Program-made: the position numbers and the translations under genes
Assembly (NCBI GenBank): GCA_016213265.1
Contig: JACRBA010000134.1
Span: forward strand, 29,043-93,042
Source of the DNA: Burkholderiales bacterium
Lineage (GTDB): Bacteria > Pseudomonadota > Gammaproteobacteria > Burkholderiales > Burkholderiaceae_C
Direction of reading: 5' to 3'
DNA: 64,000 bases
In this document: positions 1 to 8,547 of the stretch, piece after piece
How positions within the stretch are numbered: the stretch's first letter is position 1
How the letters are laid out: every line of letters starts with the position of its first letter
The notes under the pieces: generated by a model
Databases searched by the model: none
Told to the model about the DNA's origin: nothing
What the model saw: the letters and a program-made list of their open reading frames with translations, nothing else

Positions 1-237
1 CGAGGCTGTACATAAACACAGTGTACCCAGGCGATTCGACGACGCCTGGCACCCTGGCCAACACCATTGCGGACGGCAGCCGCAATGCATGGCGCGACCT
101 CTCGGTCAAGCGTCCGACCGACGCCGAGGGCACGGGGCCCAAGCGGGCGGCGAGCCGAGGATCGAACTCTCGCCCAGAAGGCCTCCGCCCGGGAATGGAA
201 GGATCAACTACGACTTCCGGAGCTTCCGTCGGCGTCG

Positions 238-840
238 CTACGGGATGTCCATAAGCGGAACCGCTTTAACGGTGTACCCGAGCGGATCCGTGATCTGCAC
301 AGACAGCGTCTGGTCCCTTCTTTCGACGTGCATCACTATGCGCCGGAACCAGGCCCCATTCGCCGGCGCCCAATGCACGCGGCTTCCTTCTAAGCGGCAC
401 TTGTACTCCCACGACTTTCCATCCGTGCGCGTGTACGCAATGTGAACTAGATCGCCAACCGCCCATTCCCGAGTCGGGAGATTGAGGGGGTTGCTGTTGA
501 CCACGAGCACCGCGGTCCGGCAAACCTGGGCCTGGGTCAAGCCGAAGGCGGGCAACACCATATCTGAGGTCGCCGAGACTGTCCCAACCGACCGAAAGCC
601 CTCTTGAATCTCCTCCCGCTCACGCGCGTTTTTCGCGCGAGCCTCTTCTGCCATGCGCCTTGCGGCCACAGCATCCTTTGGAGGTGGCATCTCCTTCGGA
701 GGAGGCGATGCGGCGGGCGTGGCCGCCGCGCAAGCCCGGTCCTGCAATACCTTCTGCCCGTTCACCGTGCATTGATAGACAGCGGCTCCGCTTGGTGGGG
801 CCACTAGTGCTGCAGCGGCCGCAATCAGAACGCACTTCAT
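238..840 (-). CDS. Exported DUF4124-like domain protein
   Basis: Signal peptide MKCVLIAAAAALVAPPSGA followed by AVYQCTVNGQKVLQDRAC and a Pro-rich linker; ORF track extends upstream to 975, ATG at 840 preferred. Confidence 0.6.
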   Translation of the reverse strand: MKCVLIAAAAALVAPPSGAAVYQCTVNGQKVLQDRACAAATPAASPPPKEMPPPKDAVAARRMAEEARAKNAREREEIQEGFRSVGTVSATSDMVLPAFGLTQAQVCRTAVLVVNSNPLNLPTREWAVGDLVHIAYTRTDGKSWEYKCRLEGSRVHWAPANGAWFRRIVMHVERRDQTLSVQITDPLGYTVKAVPLMDIP

Positions 841-956
841 AGAAGACAGAAGCGTGATGGTCCTCGGCATGTTCGCTATCGGAAATAGGCGCGAAAACGG
901 GGGGCTCGCTCGAGCTGCCCGCTTTACAGAGGCGCACCCGACACGAGGAATGTTCA

Positions 957-1238
957 TTACCGCAACCGTTGCCAAGCCACCTGCTGCTTGAGAAACATCT
1001 GGGCGTCAAACACTGCCTCGCTGGTGGGCTCGGGATTGTTGGAAAGCCGATCAACCAACACGTCAGCCTCGCGCCTGAGGTCTCGACAGCGGCGTTTTTG
1101 CTCTTCGTCTCCTGCCTGGTCCTCCTGTTCGCTCAGCTCTTTGACGAACGCCTCCAGCATCTCAGTCAACTCGATTGGATCAACAGTCACAACGCCTCCT
1201 CTCACCCTAGTCGAGAAGAACTGCCGACAGATCAACAC
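957..1238 (-). CDS. Small helical hypothetical protein
   Basis: 93-aa acidic/helical ORF co-oriented with the downstream gene; no family recognised. Confidence 0.4.
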   Translation of the reverse strand: MLICRQFFSTRVRGGVVTVDPIELTEMLEAFVKELSEQEDQAGDEEQKRRCRDLRREADVLVDRLSNNPEPTSEAVFDAQMFLKQQVAWQRLR

Positions 1239-1313
1239 TTAGGTCGATCGTCCAGCTTGGGGCACTTTTCGACGCAGCGAACAACGCTATGGATTAGAAC
1301 ACTAATCTATAGG

Positions 1314-2011
1314 TGACGTATCCCGGATGAGTGGCTCCTGGGCGGGCGGTATGCGATCCTTGTGGGCCGGGAGGTCCTGAGGGGCCTGCTGGCAGACTTG
1401 AACCAGCGGAGGCCGCGATGCTGATCAGCTTGCACAAGAACGCGACGACCACGCCGGCTACGCGCTTGGCGATCCAGCAGGCCCATGGCACCGAGGCTGA
1501 GTTGGCCCAGCGCTTTGGCGTGGGCAAGTTCACCATCCGTAAGTGGCGCAAGCGCAGCACGGTCGAAGACGCCAGCCACACGCCGCATCGGTTGCAGACC
1601 ACGCTCAACGCCGGCCAGGAGGAGATCGTCGTCTACCTGCGCACGCATCTGCGCTTGTCGCTGGATGATCTGTTGGCAGTGGTTCGCGAGTTCATCGAAC
1701 CCGCGATGAGCCGATCGGCGCTGGACCGGCTGCTGCGTCGGCGTGGCGTCAATCGCTTGCCTGAACCAGAGGTAGAGAAGACCCAGGTCAAGTCCTTCAA
1801 GGCATATGAGCCAGGCTACGTCCACATGGACGTGAAGTACCTGCCGCAGATGGAGGACGAGACTGAACGGCGCTACGTTTTCGTGGCCATCGACCGAGCC
1901 ACACGCTGGGTGTTCATCGCCGTCAAGAGCAAGAAGACCGCGGCCGCAGCACGCTCGTTCCGCATCCCGATCTATTCGCCAAGCGGGTGGTCAATCACCC
2001 GGGACCTGACA
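1314..2011 (+). mobile_element. IS481-family element with internal deletion
   Basis: Imperfect 17-bp terminal IRs (tgacgtatcccggatga at 1314 vs reverse complement of tcacccgggacctgaca ending 2011, 12/17); transposase N-half plus out-of-frame C-terminal tail HPDLFAKRVVNHPGPDR*. Confidence 0.75.
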
Positions 2012-2016
2012 GGTAG
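1418..2016 (+). pseudogene. IS481-family transposase, internally deleted
   Basis: MLISLHKNATTTPATR HTH and FKAYEPGYVHMDVKYLP..VFVAIDRATRW; second D and E of the DDE triad lost at a junction near 1960. Confidence 0.8.
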
Positions 2017-2023
2017 AAATTGC

Positions 2024-3307
2024 ATGAACATGTCTCGATCAAAAGATCCCTCTGGATATCTCTACTATGTCAGACTCAAAACGGACATGGGAAAAATATA
2101 TAAGATCGGCTACACGAAACTTGCGTCCGTGAATGAACGTCTGGCTTTCGACGGGAGTGATGATGATCTTCTTATAGATCAAGTGCTATTCTTCAAGAAT
2201 TACCCGAACGCTTTCGAGATGGAACAATTTCTCCATAGTCAGTTTTCGAAAAAAGCAATCTTTTCTCGCTATTCCCCCAAGCACTATGGGCCGCTTTTTC
2301 GCAAAGGCCAGTCAGAACTCTATTTTGATGATGTACTTGGGCTCGATAAGAAGTTTACTGTCCTGCAAGCCACTGCCGCCCGGGATTGCTTTAAACGAAT
2401 GCAAGAGAAGTTCGAGCCTCAGGAGCGGGTGCCGTTCATACTGCGAATTGTTTCTACCTCGCTCTGGGCACTGATTTCGCCGATAATACAGCTTTGTGAG
2501 GTTTTGGACCGCAAGAAGCTAGCAGAAAAACGCGAAAAGAACGTTAGAAGGGCTATGGAGGAAGGTCGCCTGCACGAAATGCTTCTGCATATTCAACGTG
2601 CGCAGCGACAGGATCGCCTAGCGCATCTACGTCCGATTATTGCGCAAGAGGCAGCTGACCCTTCCATTCCGAATGCCGAAGTGGCGCAATTGGTCAAATC
2701 TAGGGATGATTCGTCGGCTGAGGCAGTTGAGCGACGAGTTCAAAAGCTCAAGTCTGAAGCCCGCACTCGCCAATTGGTGGAGGAGAAGGTTAACCAAGTA
2801 CTTCCCCTGTTGAAAGATCGGGAGAGCGAAGCCATTTTTTCCATTATTAATCTCGAGGTCGCCGCCTCGAACTTCGCAGGAGCCCTAAACAACTTCCGGG
2901 CCACCGCCTCCTATCCACCATTCGACGCCACAGCACCCGCAGTAGAGGCGCTATTTGAACATTTCCTGATACATGGAGGAGGAGAAATTTGCCGTCTAGA
3001 ACCTGACTCCCAGAACATTCAAGGCCAAGACGCTGAGTGGAAAAGGCTCGCCTATCAATTGCGGCGTCTGGTCGGGGCAGATGGCGCATCCCCACTGGTT
3101 GGCCCTCTGGACATCAAAGGTTCGAAGTCGTCAGTACACCTCAAATTTTTCGCTAACAATAAAGAAGTAATGTTCGGTAGTCATATTATTGTAAGCGTGG
3201 GTTTAGGCGAAGGCGATCGCCTCGAATTAGATTTTCCGAATCTGACTGAAGTTCTCAACAGCCGCGTTGAATGGGAGCAAACTTTCACTTTGGACCATTC
3301 AGAATGA
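2024..3307 (+). CDS. GIY-YIG / T5orf172-like nuclease-domain protein, in frame with upstream IS481 fragment
   Basis: GYLYYVRL..IYKIGYT..VNERL..EQFLHSQF..GQSELY motif; visibly lower GC; hydrophobic segment and coiled coil follow. Confidence 0.65.
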   Translation: MNMSRSKDPSGYLYYVRLKTDMGKIYKIGYTKLASVNERLAFDGSDDDLLIDQVLFFKNYPNAFEMEQFLHSQFSKKAIFSRYSPKHYGPLFRKGQSELYFDDVLGLDKKFTVLQATAARDCFKRMQEKFEPQERVPFILRIVSTSLWALISPIIQLCEVLDRKKLAEKREKNVRRAMEEGRLHEMLLHIQRAQRQDRLAHLRPIIAQEAADPSIPNAEVAQLVKSRDDSSAEAVERRVQKLKSEARTRQLVEEKVNQVLPLLKDRESEAIFSIINLEVAASNFAGALNNFRATASYPPFDATAPAVEALFEHFLIHGGGEICRLEPDSQNIQGQDAEWKRLAYQLRRLVGADGASPLVGPLDIKGSKSSVHLKFFANNKEVMFGSHIIVSVGLGEGDRLELDFPNLTEVLNSRVEWEQTFTLDHSE

Positions 3308-3491
3308 ATCTGAAACAATTCGCGTTTCTCCTGCGACGTTCAACAGTAGCGGTATGGCAGAGACTATCCCGGCACAGCGACAATGCCAGGCCAGGCGTCG
3401 GAACCGATGCGAGGGCGTCTGCAGGCTCATTCTGTGGTCCTGTGCTGCGGGAGCATTGATCTGTGAACGTACGATTTCGTAAGCTCCCCTG

Positions 3492-4364
3492 TCAAGCAGA
3501 CAGTTGATTCCTGGAGTCCGCGGCAGTTGTGGCGATCAATCGGGGCATGAATTGCTTTGGCGGCAAACCGCCCAGGGCATCGTGCGGTCGGTACTCGTTG
3601 TACTGGGTCAGCCAGTCGTCGGCGATGGCCTGGACCTGCTCGATCGAGTTGAACAGGTAGGCATCGAGCACCTCGGTGCGGAACGTCCGGTTGAAGCGCT
3701 CGATGTAAGCGTTCTGGTTGGGCTCGCCGGGCTCGATGTAGTTCAGGGCAATGCCCTTTCGCTGAGCCCACTCGACGAAGTCGTGGCTGGTCATCTCCGG
3801 GCCGTTGTCCATGCGAATCGACAGCGGCGGCCCGTACCACTCCACCAGGCGGTCCATCGTGCGGATCAGCATCGAGGCGGGCAGCGACTGGGCCACCTGG
3901 ATGGCCAGCGCCTCGCGGTTGGCCTCGTCGATCACGTTGAGGGTGCGAAAGCGCCGGCCGTCGTAGAGCACGTCGTGCATGAAGTCCAATGCCCACCCGT
4001 GGTTGACGAACGAGCCGGCAGCCAGCGGCACCGGCTCGCGTTTGGGGATGCGGCGCTTCGTTCGGCGCGGGATGTTCAGCCCGAGTTCGCAATACACGCG
4101 CCATACCCGCTTGTGGTTCCACGGCCGGCCATCCAGGCGCAGCCGGTCGAAGCACTTCCAGAAGCCCCAGCGGCCGTTGCGCTCGACAACACCGTTCAGC
4201 GCGTCAATGACCTCCGCGTCCTTCTCCTGCGGCAGGGGTGGCACCTTGTAGTACGCCGCCCGCGACAAGCCTGCAGCCCCGCAGGCTCGCGTGATCGACA
4301 GGCGGTGCTCGGTCACCATGACCTCGACCACCTGCCGCTTCGCGGACGGCGTCAGAATTTTTTT
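3492..4364 (-). CDS. IS3-family transposase OrfB (expressed by -1 frameshift)
   Basis: [29 protein letters not shown] integrase core. Confidence 0.92.
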   Translation of the reverse strand, partial: KKILTPSAKRQVVEVMVTEHRLSITRACGAAGLSRAAYYKVPPLPQEKDAEVIDALNGVVERNGRWGFWKCFDRLRLDGRPWNHKRVWRVYCELGLNIPRRTKRRIPKREPVPLAAGSFVNHGWALDFMHDVLYDGRRFRTLNVIDEANREALAIQVAQSLPASMLIRTMDRLVEWYGPPLSIRMDNGPEMTSHDFVEWAQRKGIALNYIEPGEPNQNAYIERFNRTFRTEVLDAYLFNSIEQVQAIADDWLTQYNEYRPHDALGGLPPKQFMPRLIATTAADSRNQLSA

Positions 4365-4618
4365 GTCAGCACGTCCTTGATGGCCGCGTTTTCCAGCGCC
4401 AGGTCGGCGTACATGCGCTTGAGCCGCGCGTTCTCCGCCTCCAGCTCGCGCATGCGCGTCAGATCCGACACCGTCGCGCCGGCGTACTTGCTCTTCCATG
4501 CGTAGTAGGTCGGCGAGCTGATGCCGTGCTTGCGGCAGACTTCGGCCACCGGCACGCCGGCCTCACCTTCCTTGAGGATCGCCACGATCTGGCTTTCCGT
4601 GAACTTGCTCTTCCTCAT
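4352..4618 (-). CDS. IS3-family transposase OrfA
   Basis: [39 protein letters not shown] plus leucine zipper; ends TKKF* over A7 run at 4358-4364. Confidence 0.92.
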   Translation of the reverse strand: MRKSKFTESQIVAILKEGEAGVPVAEVCRKHGISSPTYYAWKSKYAGATVSDLTRMRELEAENARLKRMYADLALENAAIKDVLTKKF

Positions 4619-4686
4619 CGGCCTCTTCCTTCCGGCTGGGGCCGCATTCTCTGATTTCAGCTGTCTACTTGGTGGGGAAGCTTACG

Positions 4687-4840
4687 CCAAGCCCACCGCG
4701 TTCTTCCGCCGCCAACCGTCGGCGGACCTGTTCGTTCAGGAGCATCCTGAGGCCAAGCTGGCCGGCTTCATCGCCAACCTTGCGGCGATGGACGACCTGA
4801 TCGACTTCTCTGCCATCGCCGTTCAGGTCGATACCGCGCG
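4687..4840 (+). pseudogene. IS5-family transposase N-terminal remnant
   Basis: ADLFVQEHPEAKL..LAAMDDLIDFSAIAVQVD resembles IS5 N-termini; truncated on both sides. Confidence 0.5.
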
Positions 4841-4942
4841 CGCCCTTCAGGGTATCGGCATTGTCAGTGAACGTGAGGCCGTTGAGCGGTTGGGGGCAGG
4901 AGGCAAGACTTGACCTCAGCACAGTCTCTAGGAATTGATGGA

Positions 4943-5401
4943 TCAGTCTGGGTGGCGCATTGATGGGAAGGCCGTAGCAACTGTATCGCCATCCAGCGAA
5001 CGGAGTATGGCGTCGACTTTTTCCATAGAAATGGACCCCGGGACATCCACGGCATAGCAACCAGCGACATCCAGAGCGACGGAGTTGCAGCCGAGCTGCC
5101 GCAGCTTGGTAAGCGCTGCATCGATGCCATGGGGTTGCTTCAATCGCAGCAGCCATATAGTGGTTCGAGCAGATCGAGCAATATGCCGCCAGCTCTTCAC
5201 GGTGTTTTCATCACCGAGATCGACCGCAATTACGTCGTCTACAGAGAGATCCTTGACAAACAGGGGTGCCGCCTGCGCCTGATAGCCGGCGGGCACCTTT
5301 CGGAACGGCATTGACTCGACTGCCACCGGTGGCCAGTCATCTTCGACCTCCAGCGGGAAATTTAACAATACGATACTACCGCCAGTTCTACTCATTGGCA
5401 T
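4943..5401 (-). CDS. DUF4265-like protein, putative immunity for upstream Rhs-HNH toxin
   Basis: VESMPF..PLFVKDLSVDDVI..TIWL..YAVDVP pattern; start overlaps toxin stop. Confidence 0.7.
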   Translation of the reverse strand: MPMSRTGGSIVLLNFPLEVEDDWPPVAVESMPFRKVPAGYQAQAAPLFVKDLSVDDVIAVDLGDENTVKSWRHIARSARTTIWLLRLKQPHGIDAALTKLRQLGCNSVALDVAGCYAVDVPGSISMEKVDAILRSLDGDTVATAFPSMRHPD

Positions 5402-8400
5402 GCCTTTGCTTATGGCAGTCGGGGCACACTACCACAGGGGTACTGTGCTGCCCACCTCCGTTCTGGATAGCCGGGTCGTGATGCACCTGAGCCTGATTAC
5501 TGGGGGTCGATACCCCCTTCTCGCTCTTGATACTCTCGACTGCCTTTCCGCAGTCCGTGCACTTCATCTGGCCACCGTTGGCCGCCGCATTCTCGGCCTT
5601 TGCTGCATCCTTTTGGCTTCGCGTGAAGTCCCCGACACGCTTGCCCGATGCAGTCTTCTCGACTTTCGATACAGCACCGACGGCATCTGCGGCTTTGTCC
5701 GCCGCCCTGATCGCGCCCACACCGCCTGGAATCCCCGGGACGATTACTGCTGCTGCATCAATGGCAACCCCAAGCGCATTCCCAATGGACGGGTTGTTGC
5801 TGAACTCATTGACGCTCAGCGCGAGGCTAGCGATGTCCCACAGCGTTTCAGCGAATCGCCCGTCCGGGTCTTTGAACTTGTACGGGTTGTTGTTCCCGTA
5901 GATATACCTATTGAAGTTGCTTCCCGTCTTGGCATCGGTTGTCACCGGATCGATGCTGAGGAACCTACCGATGCTCGGTTCGTAGTACCGCTGCTGCATG
6001 TAGGTCAGCTTTGTGGCCGCGTCCTGTACATGGCCGGTGTAGCCGGGCCCGTCCTGCAGCGTGCCGTTGACCTGCAGCCCGTAAGGCTCGTACTCGTATT
6101 TGTTGAGGTAGGCCTTGTCGGCTCCTGTCACCGAGATGGGCGAGCCCAACATGTCGGTGTGCTGGTACCTGTTGGTCGCAGTGCTGCCGGTGAGAGTGCG
6201 TTCTCGCTGCGCCACCAGGCTGGTGCCCAGGTAGATGTGGTCCACGCGCTTGTTATTGCGCGCATCGTGGCTGTACTCAAGCCGCCCCTTGCTGCTGTAC
6301 ACCCAGTGGGCGCAATCGCCATTGGTCTCGCAGCTGGACACGCGATGGCCGAAGCCGTCGTAGGCGTAGTTTTCCTTTCCCGTGGCCTCCCGCAGCCGAT
6401 TGCCGAAGTCGAACACCAATGCCTGGCTGCCGAGCGTCTTGATGTTGCCCTGCACGTCGTAGGCCAGCGACTGGACAATCGTGCCCGTGCACTCGTCTCC
6501 GCTGCCAGGCGCACGCACCGTCATCAGCCGACGGGTGGTCGCGTTGTAGCAATAGCGGTGGTCGCGCACCTGGCTGCCCGCCGCGATGGTGACCTGTCTG
6601 AGGTCATCAAGCTGGTTGTAGCCGTACGTGGCGGCACCGAACATGGTCGATGACACTGTCTTCAACCGCTGCAACCCGTCGTAGGTCATGCCACGGGTCT
6701 GGCGGCCGTTCTCACCATCGGTGATGCTCGTGATGTTGCCAGCCTTGTCGTAGACGTAGCTCAGATCCAGCCGCATGTCGGCCACCGCGCAAGTACCGCT
6801 GACCTTACAGTCGGTGCTGCGGCTGGGCAGTTGCCGCGCGTTCTGCGTCATCGAGTGCAGCACGCCATTGCCGTAGGTGAATGCCTTGATCGCCCCGTTC
6901 GGGTAGTAGCTCACCGCCGTGGCGAAGCTGCCTGCCTGAGTGGGCTGGCCCAGCGCATTGGGCGCGTAGGCCACGTTCAGTGACGATGGGTACGTCTGGC
7001 TCAGCAGATGGCCGTTGGCGTTGTAAGTCCAGCTCGTCGTGTAGGTCGTCGGCGAGATGACGTTGGCTTCACTCTTGGGCAGGCCGCGGAGGAAATAGGT
7101 GAACGTGATCAGCGAGGGGATCGCCAAGCTGGGATTGGCTGTGGTCACCGTCTTGGGTTTGCCGTCGTCGGTGTAGGTCCAGGTCTGGTTGCCGTTGCCG
7201 TCCGGAAACTCCAGGGTCCACAGTCGGTTTCGCGAGTCGTACTTCCGGTCCACGCGACGCGCCGCAACCGCCGCAGTCGTACCGCCCGCCTCGCACGCCT
7301 GGTTGGATGGCAGGCCGGCTGCGCTCCACTTCACATTGCCCGCGCCGTCGTAGCCGGTCAGTGTGGCGCCCGTCTCCGGCTCGACCACTTTGCACAGTTC
7401 CTGGTACGCGTTGTACTGGTAGGTGCGGGTCGCTGACAGAGTGCTGCCCGAGTCGCGACGCACAATGCTGAGCGCCTTGCCATAGGCGTCGCGGGTGAAG
7501 TCGGTGAACGCGCCTTCCGGATGAACAATGCTCGCCAGCACCTCTTCCTTGGGCTGGTCGTACACCACGAAGCTGGTGGTGGTCTTGTAGTTCCGTGGAT
7601 CCGTCACCCGGGTCTGGAAACCCGTCAGGTACTCGGTGGTGGTTGCAAGGACGCCAAGTTCGCTGTCAGCCTCCAGCCGGGTCACACGGCCCAGCGGGTC
7701 GTAGATGGTGCGCTTGCCGCTCGTCAGCCCATCGCTGGTGCCAGGGTACGCCTCGAAGGTGACGCGGCCCTCGTGGTCATAGGCAAACCGCTGGAACCGC
7801 TGGGTGCCGGGGACGTTGCCTGAGTCGTACTCACGCACCACCAGCGGCCGCCATTGGCCGTCGAAGTAGGTGAACTTGTAGCCGTTGCCGGTCTGCACGG
7901 TCTGGCGCCAGTGCCCAGCCGGAATGCCGTACTCCGCCGTGGCGACCTGGGCGTACGTGATGATGGTTTCGTTCCAGGTCGTGGCGTCGCAGGTATCGGC
8001 CGTAGACTCAGATGGGTAGGTTGTCTTCTTCAGACGTCCCATCGCATCGAAGTCGTAGCAAGTCCTGTAATTGTTTTCGTCGGTGATCGCTCTGATCCAG
8101 CCTTGATCATTCACCACCGCCTTTTGTGTCTTGGTATCGGCGAAGGTCACTGACCGCGGCACACCGCGGTACCAGTCCCCCAGAGTGGTGACGTTGTTGT
8201 TGCCATCCTTAACCGTCTTCACCGACCCATCACCGTAGTAGGTCAAGGTCTGCTGCAACTTGCCAAACGACTTAAAGGTCAGCTGCGTCGCCATGGCTGG
8301 GTCATACCCGGCCTCAGCCACCACAGTATTCGAGCAACCCCCTTCCGTCGAGCTGACACACGTCACCTTCGACACCTGCCCCATCACCCAGATCGCAGGG

Positions 8401-8522
8401 TTGTCGTGGTACTCATAGCGCTCGGTCACCGAAGCGCAATTGGCCAGCTTCGGCGCAGCCGCAGCCACCGCAACCGCTACGAGCGGCAGGACCCTAGGCA
8501 GTCCACCAATAGTCAGCTTCAT
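5388..8522 (-). CDS. Rhs/YD-repeat protein with signal peptide and C-terminal HNH nuclease toxin
   Basis: RBS GGAGGAG then MKLTIGG..VAAAAPKLANCA; YD repeats; core GYTGH..YMQQRYY..GRFLSIDP..NPYKFKDPDG; tip CTDC..QVHH..CPDCH. Confidence 0.9.
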   Translation of the reverse strand: MKLTIGGLPRVLPLVAVAVAAAAPKLANCASVTERYEYHDNPAIWVMGQVSKVTCVSSTEGGCSNTVVAEAGYDPAMATQLTFKSFGKLQQTLTYYGDGSVKTVKDGNNNVTTLGDWYRGVPRSVTFADTKTQKAVVNDQGWIRAITDENNYRTCYDFDAMGRLKKTTYPSESTADTCDATTWNETIITYAQVATAEYGIPAGHWRQTVQTGNGYKFTYFDGQWRPLVVREYDSGNVPGTQRFQRFAYDHEGRVTFEAYPGTSDGLTSGKRTIYDPLGRVTRLEADSELGVLATTTEYLTGFQTRVTDPRNYKTTTSFVVYDQPKEEVLASIVHPEGAFTDFTRDAYGKALSIVRRDSGSTLSATRTYQYNAYQELCKVVEPETGATLTGYDGAGNVKWSAAGLPSNQACEAGGTTAAVAARRVDRKYDSRNRLWTLEFPDGNGNQTWTYTDDGKPKTVTTANPSLAIPSLITFTYFLRGLPKSEANVISPTTYTTSWTYNANGHLLSQTYPSSLNVAYAPNALGQPTQAGSFATAVSYYPNGAIKAFTYGNGVLHSMTQNARQLPSRSTDCKVSGTCAVADMRLDLSYVYDKAGNITSITDGENGRQTRGMTYDGLQRLKTVSSTMFGAATYGYNQLDDLRQVTIAAGSQVRDHRYCYNATTRRLMTVRAPGSGDECTGTIVQSLAYDVQGNIKTLGSQALVFDFGNRLREATGKENYAYDGFGHRVSSCETNGDCAHWVYSSKGRLEYSHDARNNKRVDHIYLGTSLVAQRERTLTGSTATNRYQHTDMLGSPISVTGADKAYLNKYEYEPYGLQVNGTLQDGPGYTGHVQDAATKLTYMQQRYYEPSIGRFLSIDPVTTDAKTGSNFNRYIYGNNNPYKFKDPDGRFAETLWDIASLALSVNEFSNNPSIGNALGVAIDAAAVIVPGIPGGVGAIRAADKAADAVGAVSKVEKTASGKRVGDFTRSQKDAAKAENAAANGGQMKCTDCGKAVESIKSEKGVSTPSNQAQVHHDPAIQNGGGQHSTPVVVCPDCHKQRHANE

Positions 8523-8547
8523 ACACCCTCCTCCCCAACTATGCCCT

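Larger units (their letters stand above)
3478..4686 (-). mobile_element. IS3-family insertion sequence (IS407-group-like)
   Basis: 26-bp terminal IRs 3478-3503 and 4661-4686 (21/26 identical); orfA/orfB with A7 frameshift window; no target duplication seen. Confidence 0.92.
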
